This document shows, in pieces, positions 11,961 through 23,353 of a stretch of 64,000 nt of DNA. The notes below the pieces were generated by a model. It had not been told where the DNA came from, did not search any database, and saw only the letters and a list, made by a program, of their open reading frames with translations. How positions within the stretch are numbered: position 1 is the first letter of the stretch; each line of letters starts with the position of its first letter. The DNA is from Azolla caroliniana (lineage: Eukaryota; Plantae; Polypodiophyta): assembly GCA_043228905.1 (NCBI GenBank), contig JBHGNT010000008.1, positions 7,998,001-8,062,000 of the forward strand. The letters are read 5' to 3'. The translations under genes and the position numbers were made by a program.

Positions 11961-14900
11961 TGTCGTGTGGTTTTTCACACACGATATGAAAACTATTTAA
12001 AAATAATAATAATAAATAATAAAATACGTATTTTATATTAGCTCAGTGACTTGTTATAGAAATATGGATGTACTCAAAAGCTTCAAAATGCATTTTACTA
12101 CATATAAAATAGACAACTACATATCAAGTTATGTGAACATGAAGTTTGAGAAGATAGGGAAAATAGAACTATGATTAATCCCACATAGATAGGAAACTTA
12201 AGGCCCTGGCTATATAAGCACATTCAGATCCCTTAGTTTTCATTTGTGATAAGAGCACTTTGGCCACTTTGTCTAGATGGATGATTGTGGCCAAGTTCCC
12301 AAAAACCGACTGGCAATAAAATGGAACCAGAACCGGCCGGTAATCAAACCAAAACCGGCCGGTAATCAAATCGTAACCGACCGGTAAGCCGGAAACCAAA
12401 CTAGAATCGTCCAGAAAGCGAACTGGAACCGGCCAAGCATCAAACCAGAACTGGCCAGCAATCAAACCGAAACCGGACTAGACGGACACGGACCGGACGA
12501 ATTGGATGGGCGGCGATCGAGACGAACAGATGATAGGATCATGTGGCTAATTAAAGTAAAGTAAAGGAAACTAAAGTAAAGGCCATGTCAATGGTTGCAT
12601 GCAACTAAAAGAAGAAGCCATGCAACTAAAAATGGATGCAACTAAAAATGGATACAACTAAAAGTAGAGGCCATGCAACTAAAAGTGGGCATGCAAAGTA
12701 ACATTGAAGGCTATGATCAATGGAGAACTGCATATAAGTTCCATTTTTTTCCTACACTCATCCTCTCTCCATTTTTTTATTTTTTTTTCCTTCTTAGCTG
12801 CCTTATCTTATTGAAGCCATAACACTCAAAAACCCTAATTTTCCCCACGAAAGCCATATCTCTCGTATAACCTAATTCTAATTTTCCCTAGAGAAGCTAT
12901 AACACTCAAAAACCCAAAATTTCCCTATGGAAGCCATATCTCTCAAAACCCCTAATTTTTCTTTTCTATTAATCTCAGTAAACCTAAAAATTCTGAATCC
13001 CAATCTAGGGACATATTGTAATTTCTTTTCCTTTGTTAATGAAAATTATTAAATTTCTTATTTCCGTTAATTGTTAAAAATATAAACGCACGAATGTGAT
13101 ATCCTCTAGTCGGAGGCCCCGGGGTCCTGCCTCAAGTTCACGTATCCTCGTCATATTTTCGCGACATCTTTGGTGAACCTGACGTGAAACGAGGTGGTAG
13201 GAGGATATCTCATGGAGGCATATAGATACAAAGAGCCGAAGAGATGCAGTCTATACGAGTTCGGCCAATGGGTATCTTCATTAAAGACCCACCAAAGTGT
13301 CATGCATGCTTTCATTGAGTTCAAGTGTCACTTTACACAACTCTCGGAGCAAGATCAAAGATTGGTGGGGGAAGATAAAGTCCTAATGTTCGTGAAATCG
13401 ATCAATCAAAATGAAAGGAAGGCCATTGGAATCCGACTTGAGGATGACGATGGAGCAAATGGCCTCACCGAGGATTGGATGAAAGTGGAAAGAGAATGTC
13501 AACTACACGATAAGAGGAAGACAAGATTCTCATCGGCAACAACACAATCCACGATGGATGGTGAAAGGAGGACAGGAAGCAACAATAAACTACCACCTAA
13601 AGAAGATAGCTTGAAGAGGGAAGGTTCGATGTTACTCGACATAGAGGCCTTCATAAACGAGGCATATGAGAAATTAAAGGTGCAAGTCGAGGCCAAAGAG
13701 AATCTTATAATGGAACCAAAACCGATTAAAATGGTTATCAAGGAAAAAGAGACCTCCCAACAAAGGTGGAGTAATGATATAGCCAATATGAAGGCCCAAG
13801 TTCGGTACAACAGTACCACGAAAGAAGGTGTGGAAGAAGACACCTCCTCGTCTTGCAAAGAAACAATGGAGAAGAATGAAACAAATGAATCGAGGGTGGC
13901 GAATGCCACTTCAAGCGCAGACAAATGTTTCGAAACATGCATTGTGTCTGAAACATCAAGTGATGAAGGTGCACATGAGCAAAGCTTGCATGATCAAGGG
14001 AGATAAAAAGTGTGAGGCCGACATGATTGAGGAGAAAGCCACGAAAAACGGCATCAAGTCAGAGGTGTCTATGGACAAGTCAATGGCGGATGGCCGTGTT
14101 GAGACTTTCTCCACACTTGTTCCAGAGACTTGGGCAGATGCGTCGAAAAGCAAACATGAGACCCAAGAGACAAAAGGTGGCGGCGAGGAAGTGAAGGCCG
14201 AAGCTAACACATGCGAAGAAGAGGGAGATGTCAAGATGAAGAGGGTAGACAATGATCATGAAGAGACTTTCCCCACAAAAGTTCTTGAGACTTGGGCATT
14301 AACCAATGTAAGACCCAAGAGATGGAAGGTGGCGGCGAAGAAACAAAGGCCAAAGCCAATGCGGACAACTATAAGGGAGAACCGGCTAAGGGTAGCACGA
14401 CAAAGACAAACTATGAAAACGTATGGATCCCTCCACACTCGTTCAAGAGACTTGAGCATTAACCGATGTAAGACCCAAGAGATGGAAGGTGGCGACAAGT
14501 GGATTGACAAAGTCGATGTATACAACAAAGAGGTCAAGAAAAGCACGAAGACAAAAGCTTATGTGTGCAACAAAGAGACCGAGCAAAGTTCAGAAAGCAA
14601 AGACATGGGCCAAGTGGGCCAAGCGGATCCGAAAGATGTGATCACAAAATCTAAAAAGGATAATACTAACGTAGAAGTCATGGTCAACTCCAACACAAGA
14701 GTATACCACGAAAGTGGACAAAGTGGGAAGCATGCAATGTGGTCACTTAAGGACCTAGAGGAAAACATGTCGCTAAAGAACAGATCACTAAGAGTACTCA
14801 AGGATAGTATTTCGATAAGGCCTTCGAAAGGCATGCATGGAACAAGAAAGAATGATAAAAGAAAATTAGATGACCAAGGAGATGGTCGAGATGAAGGTGG

Positions 14901-16313
14901 CACATGCACAAAGAATGAAGCATTATGCTCTACAGGAGAAAAGGGAGCCATGGCAACCAACCATGGAAATGCAAAGAGTGAGCGAAGAATATGGTGGATC
15001 GGATGGCAACGACGATTCGGGTATAAAGAAGAAACATCAATGAAGTAGAATAATCAAAAGAGGAACCTCACTACAATTGGCACATACCGATGGATGTGCA
15101 GGTTTGGTGGGGGTGAATGTCGTGTGGTTTTTCACACATGATATGAAAACTATTTAAAAATAATAATAATAAATAATAAAATAAGTATTTTATATTAGCT
15201 TAGTGGCTTGTTATAGAAATATGGATGTACTAAAGAGCTTCAAAACGCATTTTACTACATATAAAATAGACAACTACATATCAAGTTATGTGAACATAAA
15301 GTTTGAGAAGATAGGGAAAATAGAACTATGATTTATCCCACATAGATAGGAAACTTAAGGCCCTGGCTATATAAGCACATTCAGATCCCTTAGTTTTCAT
15401 TTGTGCTAAAAACACTTTGGCCACTTTGTCTAGATGGATGAATGTGGCCAAGTTCCCAAAAACCGACTGGCAATAAAATGGAACCGGAACCGGCCGGTAA
15501 GCAAATCGGAACCTGCCGGTAATCAAAATGGAACCGGAATCGGCTGGAAATCAATTCGGAACCGGCTGGTAAGCCGGAAACCAAACTGGAATCGGCCGGA
15601 AAGCGAACCAAAACTGGCCAGTCATCAAACCGAAACCTGATTGGACGGACGCGAACTGGACGGATTGGATGGGCGGCGATCGAGACGGACAGATGATAGG
15701 ATCATGTGGCTAATTAAAGTAAAGGAAAGGAAACTAAAGTAAAGGCCATGTGGAAGGTTGCATGCAACTAAAAGAAAAAGCCATGCAACTAAAAATGGAT
15801 ACAACTAAAAGTAGAGGCCATGCAACTAAAAGTGGGCATGCAAAGTAACATTGAAGGCTATGATCAATGGAGAACTGCATATAAGTTCCATTTTTTTCCT
15901 ACACTCATCCTCTCTCCATTTTTTTATTTTTTTTTCCTTCTTAGCTGCCTTATCTTATTGAAGCCATAACACTCAAAATCCCTAATTTTCCCCACGAAAG
16001 CCATATCTCTCGTATAACCTAATTCTAATTTTCCCTAGAGAAGCTATAACACTCAAAAACCCAAATTTTCCCTATGGAAGCCATATCTCTCAAAACCCCT
16101 AATTTTTCTTTTCTATTAATCTCAGTAAACCTAAAAATTCTGAATCCCAATCTAGGGACATATTGTAATTTCTTTTCCTTTGTTAATGAAAATTATTAAA
16201 TTTCTTATTTCCGTTAATTGTTAAAAATATAAACGCACGAATGTGATATCCTCTAGTCGGAGGGCCCGGGGTCCTGCCTCAATTTCATGTATCCTCGTCG
16301 TATTTTCGCGACA
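11961..16313 (+). mobile_element. Non-autonomous (gag-only) LTR element W with tRNA-Trp-type PBS and 4-bp TSD
   Basis: LTRs 11961-13166 and 15118-16313 (TGTCG...CGACA); TSD GCGG at 11957-11960 and 16314-16317; PBS TGGTGAACCTGACGTGAA 13171-13188; G-rich PPT before 15118; no PR/RT/INT motif seen in the ~1.95-kb interior. Confidence 0.93.
13194..15048 (+). pseudogene. W interior: 5'-truncated Gag-like ORF followed by a charged, repetitive extension
   Basis: LMFVKSINQNERKAIGIRLEDDDGANGLTEDW aligns with Gag of Y and Z; E/K-rich tail with about three degenerate repeats near 14100-14500. Confidence 0.7.
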
Positions 16314-16595
16314 GCGGTTCAGCATGTCAGATGCGAAACTGGTCGGATCGACACTCCCGGCAAACTATAGGTTATCCGGTAAGCAAAGCCCGAAGACAAA
16401 GGCAGAGAAGACGGATATGATGAAGATACCATATTCCTCTATCATGATAACACTCACATCATGCATCGAAAGGATTTGAACCCACAACCTTGTTGTACAC
16501 ATGTCAAATCCTTAACCATTGTATTAATATTCTTATATGTATAATTTTTGGAATATGAAATCTAATATCATAGGAATATTGTATATTACTCTACA

Positions 16596-16731
16596 TTCTA
16601 GAATGACCTAGAATATTCTAGAGTGTTCTATACCACTAGAACCTTCTAGAATACTCTAGAGATCTTCTAGATTACTCTACATTCTAGGATAACCTAGAAT
16701 ATTCTAGAGTGTTCTCTATTACTTATAAATA
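16596..16731 (+). promoter_or_regulatory. Heat-shock-element array and TATA box in T 5' LTR (also present in the 3' LTR)
   Basis: GAAccTTCtaGAA 16639-16651; GAAtaTTCtaGAgtgTTC at 16611 and 16697; TATAAATA 16724-16731. Confidence 0.75.
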
Positions 16732-16890
16732 GGGATCTACCACCCATCCCAAACCTAAATTGGTTCAACGTCATTTTGTAGCCTACTCTTTGTAATCCAT
16801 TTTACTCTTCAGTATAATAATTCTCTTTCAATTATCTCTCTATCTCTCTATCTCTCTTTCTCTCTCTTTCTCTCTCTTAGTCTTGACAGT

Positions 16891-16902
16891 TTGAACCAAT
16901 TT
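16891..16902 (+). other. Putative self-priming PBS of T
   Basis: TTGAACCAATTT, 2 nt after the 5' LTR, is the exact reverse complement of AAATTGGTTCAA at 16757-16768. Confidence 0.8.
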
Positions 16903-16975
16903 TTTCCTTTCATCTCTTCGTCTTCCACAAACCTTAACAAGTTCTCTTCTTCCTTCTCCTCTCCCCACGTAAGCT

Positions 16976-19900
16976 ATGGAATCTGTGAGCAAACAAGAAT
17001 ACATGCGTGTTCTTTCTGAGCTCAACATGCTCACAAATAAATTTGTGGCATTAGAGCATGAGAATCAAAGGCTACTTGGAGATCTACAACACGTGAGCGC
17101 CGAAAAAGCTCAACAATATGAAGAGTTATCACAACGGGTTCATCAACTTGAGGCGACTATATTATCATTACGAGAGCAAGCGTCGGGGGCTCAAAACTCC
17201 CCTAGAGAGCCAAAGATCAGCCTCCCCACCAAGTTTGATGGTACGAGGTCTTTATTTTGAGGTTTTCTGAATCAAGTTTGTCTGGTTATTCAGTTACATC
17301 CTAATCAATATCCAACTGATGTTGCTCATGTGCGATTAGTGGGAACTTTGCTATGCGGTACGACGTTAGCATGGTTCGCACCACTTCTCGAGAAGAAATC
17401 ACCATTGCTGGAGGATTTCGAGGCATTTGTTAAAGAGTTTCAAGCTAGTTTCGGAGACACCGACAGCACTAGGACAACGATAAACAAGATTCGAAGGCTC
17501 CGACAAGCAGATCGTCCCGCGTCGGCTTATGCAGCCAATTTCTGTCTCTTGGCATGCGATATCCCTTGGGATGAGGCGGCCTTAATGGATCAATTCCGTC
17601 AAGGTTTGAGAAATGATGTCAAAGATCTTCTTCTTACTTTCCCTGAAGATCCAAAGTCGCTTACAAAAGCCATTAGTCAAGCCGTGCGATGTGATAATCA
17701 CCTATTTGAGCGACGTTCTGAGCACCAACAAATGTTACGCCACCAACCTGAGTAGACTTACGCTTCCATAGTCGCAACGCCTCCACAAGTTTCTAGACCC
17801 ATTACAAGGGATGGCCCAACTCCGATTGAAATAGAGTCAACACAACGTCATGGGCCTGTTATCAGATGCTGAGAAGCAATGACGTCGAGCACATCGCCTT
17901 TGCCTGTATTGTGGCGGTCTAGGACATATAGGTGCAAATTGTCCACATAAACCTAGGCTTCAAGTATACCAAGTAAGTGCCCATGAAAACCCTACATCGA
18001 GTTCTATTGTTACTTCTAATAACATAAATAAGCCAATTAGAGGATGTGTTAAACGAGTAAGTCCGGCCAAAATAGGAGCCATTTGGCTAGACCAGCCTAG
18101 CTATGTAGAGTTAGTTCCTAGTCGTGGTTCCATTTCATCAAATCAAGAGAGTCAAGTTTTTTCAGCACAAGTCGAGCTTACCACATCTACATGTCATCGA
18201 GTCCTAGCCTCTGCCCTCCTAGATTCTGGAGCCAACATTTGTTTCATGGATCGTGAATTTGCCTTGTCACAAAACGTCCTCTTGAATAAGCTTCCCAGCC
18301 CAGTAGCCGTAGGAGTCATTGATGGACGTCCCATAGCATCAGGAGACATAGTCGAGGAGTCTGAGCCAATTAGGATAGTTCTTGGTGATTTGGCAAGCAT
18401 CATCTCTTTCAACATTATTCGTAGTCCGGAACACCCAATAGTTCTAGGTCTCCCCTGGTTTGAACTCCATAACCCAAAGATTAATTGGATGAAAAGAACA
18501 ATTGAGGAGACCTAGGAAAAAAGCACAAACCCCGCATCCCTCTCTCTTACATGTGATAATAGATCCCAGAGTTATCGCCCATCTCTTTACGACAGTTGCA
18601 GGAGGAAGGGGGGGAACGAGGCCATGTTCGTTTTCGCAATAATAGCAACTCCTTGTGTGTGAAGCGGACATTAAACTACCAGGGAAATACAAGGAGTTTT
18701 CAGATGTCTTTGATAAGGTGAAGGCCAATACATTGCCGGAGCATCGGCCATACGACTGCCCTATTGACTTACAACCAGGGAAAGAACCTCCATGGGGCCC
18801 AATTTATAATCTCTCCCCTGTAGAGCTAGAGACTTTGTGGGAATATATTGATGAGAATCTGGTAAACGGATTCATTCGGCATTCTAGATCCCCTGTTGGT
18901 GCACCTATCTTCTTCGTTAAGAAGAAGAATGGGACTCTTCGGTTGGTCGTGGATTATCGAGGGCTAAACAAAGTGACTATCCGGAATAGATATGTTCTAC
19001 CATTAATCCCGAATCTTTTGGAACGTCTCAGTGGTGCAAAATATTTCACGAAGTTAGACCTTCGCGGAGCATATAATCTAGTTCGGATTTGCCCGGGGGA
19101 TGAATGGAAGACAACTTTCCGCACTCGCTATGGACATTTTGAGTATACAATGATGCCATTCGGTCTCACGAATGCACCTACTGTTTTCCAACATATGGTG
19201 AATGATATTTTTCGAGATTTTCTTGATATCTTCACTATAGTTTACCTAGATGATATTTTAATCTACTCGAAGACCCAAGAGGAGCATGACAAACATGTTC
19301 GTCAGGTACTACATCAACTCCGAGAATATGGTCTCTATGCAAAATTAGAAAAGTGTAGTTTCGGCCAGAATCAAGTGGAATTTTTGCGGTATGTTGTATC
19401 GTCAGATGGTATTGCTATGGACCCCATGAAGGTAAAAGCAATTTTAGAGTGGAAAACGCCCCTTTCAGTGCGTGATGTGCAATGTTTTCTCGGGTTTGCA
19501 AAAAAAATTTGAAAATTTATTAAAGATTATTCTAAGGTTGTGCTTCCGCTTACTCAGCTCACACATAAAGATCAACCATTTATATAGAGTTCAGATGCAG
19601 CCGAGGCATTCGAAAGCTTAAAACGAGCATTTACAACGGCACCTATCTTAGCACATGTTGACCCAACAAAACGCTTCATCCTCGAAGCCGATGCATCCGA
19701 TTTTGCACTAGGGAGTGTCCTCTCGCAGACTGGAGATGATGGACAGCTACACCCTGTCGCCTTTCATTCACGAAAGTTTGAAGCTGCAGAGATCAACTAC
19801 GAGATCCATGACAAAGAGCTTCTTGCAATCGTGGATTCGTTTCAACAATTGCGACATTTTCTAGAAGGTTCTTCTCAGCAAATCATTGTCTACAATGATC

Positions 19901-21628
19901 ATAAGAACCTGACTTATTTCCAAAATGCTTGAGTCTTGAGTCGGTGACAAGCCCGGTGGGCGCAATTTTTGACTCACTTCGACTTTATCATCATATTCGC
20001 CCTGGGATGTAGCAAGGCAAAGCAGATGCTCTTTCTCGGCGCTCTTATATGGAACTTCGTCTAGGGGAACCTGCATTTGAGCATCAAAAACAAATCCTTT
20101 TGGGTTCTAATCGATTACGATTAATGGTAGTTAATGCCATAACAACTCTTGAAAATTCCACTCTTCTTGATTCCATTCGAGATCATATGGCCACTGATGA
20201 TTTCGCCAAGGATGTTTTGGATCATATCGTCCCGGATCGTGCTTCTTGCTCACAGTCAAACAATCCTCGTAATGACTATTGTCAGTTCTATTGGCATGGT
20301 GGTTTTCTATTTCGACAAAATCTATTGTATGTTCCTGATGGTACCCCACGGCTGGTCATATTGGAGTTTGCAAGACTCTAGAATTAATTTCTCAACGCTA
20401 TTGGTGGCCTCGCCTTCATCATTTTGTTGAGGAGTATGTTCGGAGCTCTGATATATGCGGTCAATCAAAGAGTCCTCGTCACCAATCTTATGGCTTACTA
20501 CAACCACTTCCCATTCTAGAAACTCCTTGGAAGTCTATATCCTTGGACTTCATTACTGATCTCCCAGTTTCAAAAGGTTTTGATGCAATTCTCACAGTGG
20601 TTGATCAATTTACCAAAATGGCACATTTCTTGCCATGTACAAAGTCGATTACTAGTCAAGAGGCGGCTGATCTCGTTATGCGGGAGGTATTTAAGCATCA
20701 TGGTCTACCAAATGATATTATTAGTGATCATGGTCCACAATTCATCTCAAAGTTTTGGAATCACATGTTCAAACTTCTCCACAATTCAGTTAAGCTTTCT
20801 TCGAGCTATCATCCCGAAACAAATAGCCAAACTGAGCATACCAACCAGACATTGGAACAATATCTTCGTTGTTTCATCAACTATCAACAAGATGATTGAG
20901 TTGATTTTTTGCACTTGGCGGAATTCGTTTACAACAACTCAGCCCATTCTTCTACAGGATATTCCCCATTTTTCACAAATACGGGTTGTCATCCTCAGTG
21001 GACGATGAATGCGCATCCAGACATTCCTACCAACCCTACTGTCGAGGATCATCTTAGTCACCTCCAAGAAATTCAAGCTAACATTCTCCACAATTTGCAC
21101 GATGCTCAATTTACACACAAGAGGCTTGCCGATCGTCATCTCCTAGACTCCTCAAAAAAGTTCCGCATTGGGGATCATATATGGCTTCTCCAACACAACA
21201 TCAAGACCACTCGACCTTGCAGTAAATTGGATTACCAACGTTTTGGCCCTTACATGATCACTAGTAAGATAAGTGATGTTGCATTTCGTCTTGACCTTCC
21301 TCTGCACATGCATCTTCATCCGGTGTTTCATGTATCCCTTTTGGAACCTTATACTACAAGTTCAATTCCAAGCCGTCTTACGACACCCCCACCACCTGTC
21401 GAGTTCTTGGACGAGCCTGAATTTGAAGTTGTTGCCGTTCCTGATTCTAAAATCGTGCGTAACAAGCTATATTACTTAGTCAATTGGCTAGGCTATACCC
21501 CCAATGATCGAACTTGGGAACCTGCCGCAAATCATTCCAATACTGCAGAACTCGTCAATATCCTTGTAAACCAGGTCCTAATACAAACACTACGACCCGT
21601 CAGACGTGACGTTGAAGAAGGGGGATAG
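16976..21628 (+). pseudogene. T gag-pol with C-terminal chromodomain
   Basis: PREPKISLPTKFDG gag; CLYCGGLGHIGANC; LLDSGA protease; KLDLRGAYN and [10 protein letters not shown]; LEADASDF RNase H; MDFITDLP integrase; EFEV...YYLVNWLGY...TWEP chromodomain; many stops. Confidence 0.93.
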
Positions 21629-22104
21629 TGTCATGATAACACTCACATCATGCATCGAAAGGATCATGACACTCACATTATGACTCGAAAGGATTTGAAA
21701 CCACGACCTTGTTGTACACATGTCAAATCCTTAACCATTGTATTAATACTCTTATATGTATAGTTTTTAGAATATGAAATCTAATATCATAGGAATATTC
21801 TATATTACTCTACATTCTAGAATGACCTAGAATATTCTAGAGTGTTCTATACCACTAGAACCTTCTAGAATACTCTAGAGATCTTCTAGATTACTCTACA
21901 TTCTAGGATAACCTAGAATAATCTAGAGTGTTCTCTATTACTTATAAATAGGGATCTACCACCCATCCCAAACCTAAATTGGTTCAACGCCATTTTGTAG
22001 CCTACTCTTTGTAATCCATTTTACTCTTCAATATAATAATTCTCTTTCAATTATCTCTCTATCTCTCTTTCTCTCTCTTTCTCTCTCTCAGTCTTGACAG
22101 GCTC

Positions 22105-22765
22105 TGCTGTCGAGAGCTTAATGTACGCAATGGTGTGTACACAACCGGATATCGGATACGCAGTCGGAGTGGTGAGCCGGTTTATGAGCAATCCCGGCAA
22201 GGCGTACTGGAATGCGGTAAAATAGATACTCCGGTAGTTGAAAGGCACCTCAAGTATGTGTCTCTGATTCGACTCTAGTAAACCCCAACTTGACAGTTTC
22301 ACCGATTCGGATATGTCGGCTAATGCGGATACCAGCCGGTCAACATCCGGATACATCAAGAGATATGCAGGGGGAGCTATTTCGTGGTAGTCGAGGCTGC
22401 AGAAGACGGTTGCATTGTCAACCACGGAAGCGGAGTACATGGCAGCTATGGAAGCCGACAAGGAAATACTATGGATGAAGGACTTCATCGGAGAACTAGG
22501 GATCCGGCAAGAGGAATACCGGCTCTACTGCAACAGTCAGAGTGCCATCCACCTTGCAAAGAACGTTGCCTATCATTCCAGGACAAAGCACGTCCAGCGT
22601 AGGTACCACTGGATCCGGGAGCGAGTTGAAGATCGAGAGTTCATGCTGATGAAGAGCCACACGGAGGAGAACGGGTCAGATATGCTAACCAAAGTGCTGA
22701 CACCTAACAAGCTAGATGCATGCAAGAAGAGGATCAGATTGACGAGGCATCCCATGCTGGAGTGA
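22105..22765 (+). pseudogene. C2 RT C-terminus and RNase H
   Basis: STTEAEYMAA...HSRTKHV...SDMLTK; resumes the frame broken at 16439. Confidence 0.92.
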
Positions 22766-22775
22766 AGGGGGAGTT

Positions 22776-23353
22776 TGTTAGGATTTTTGGTCCCTCCGGA
22801 TGGGATATGAGTACCCGGCAACGGAAGACCCAATGAGAATCGGATGACGCAGGCCTAGTGAGAACCTCTCACCGGATGAAGGGACATATATGTAAATATG
22901 TCTCTGTTAGACCATTGTGGCTACATTTGTAAATAACCCAAAAGTCATATTAGTATAAATATGACCTAGGGCAAACAGAGTATTGCGGTTGATGCATAGA
23001 GTTATTGGTGAAACTACTGTACAGAGTGTAACAGAGAGAGAGAGAGAGCGATACAAAGAGTGTGTCTCTACTGTAACCGCCACCAGGCGAAGGTTGAGAG
23101 CAAGAGGTCGTTGCCTCTGTGCTCCCTGTTGTATTTCTTGACATAGTGATAGTTTGGAGTCTATGGGCTCCCGTGGTTTTTCCCTCTCACGGTTTTCCAC
23201 GTTAACATCTTGTGTACTCTCTTTTTCTCCTGTTTACAGTGTGTGTGCATATACGTGTATTTACCCTCCATTCCCATTCTCAGTGTTTCGATTCTAAACG
23301 ACACGATCTAAGACTCGGTTGTGGCCGAGTTATATTCCGCATATTTCGCATCA
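22776..23353 (+). repeat. 3' LTR of C2 (578 bp)
   Basis: TGTTAGG...GCATCA; 23088-23353 matches the LTR portion ending at 8729. Confidence 0.93.

Larger units (their letters stand above)
16440..22099 (+). mobile_element. Chromoviral Ty3/gypsy element T (Tcn1 / Tf1-sushi-like), full length but decayed
   Basis: LTRs 16440-16888 and 21629-22099; degraded 5-bp TSD TCCTC/GGCTC (host codon context implies GCCTC); PPT GAAGAAGGGGGATAG before 21629. Confidence 0.95.
8301..23353 (+). mobile_element. Ty1/copia element C2, same family as C1, carrying three nested insertions
   Basis: 3' portion of the 5' LTR ends at 8729; degenerate PBS TAGTATCAGAGC 8733-8744; pol in pieces 8760-11960, 16318-16439, 22105-22765; PPT then 3' LTR 22776-23353. 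Confidence 0.95.

Noticed and set aside
16976-17755. PEG10/RTL1-like Gag as a domesticated gene
   Set aside because: It lies between LTRs and has stops; the similarity reflects shared sushi-type ancestry.
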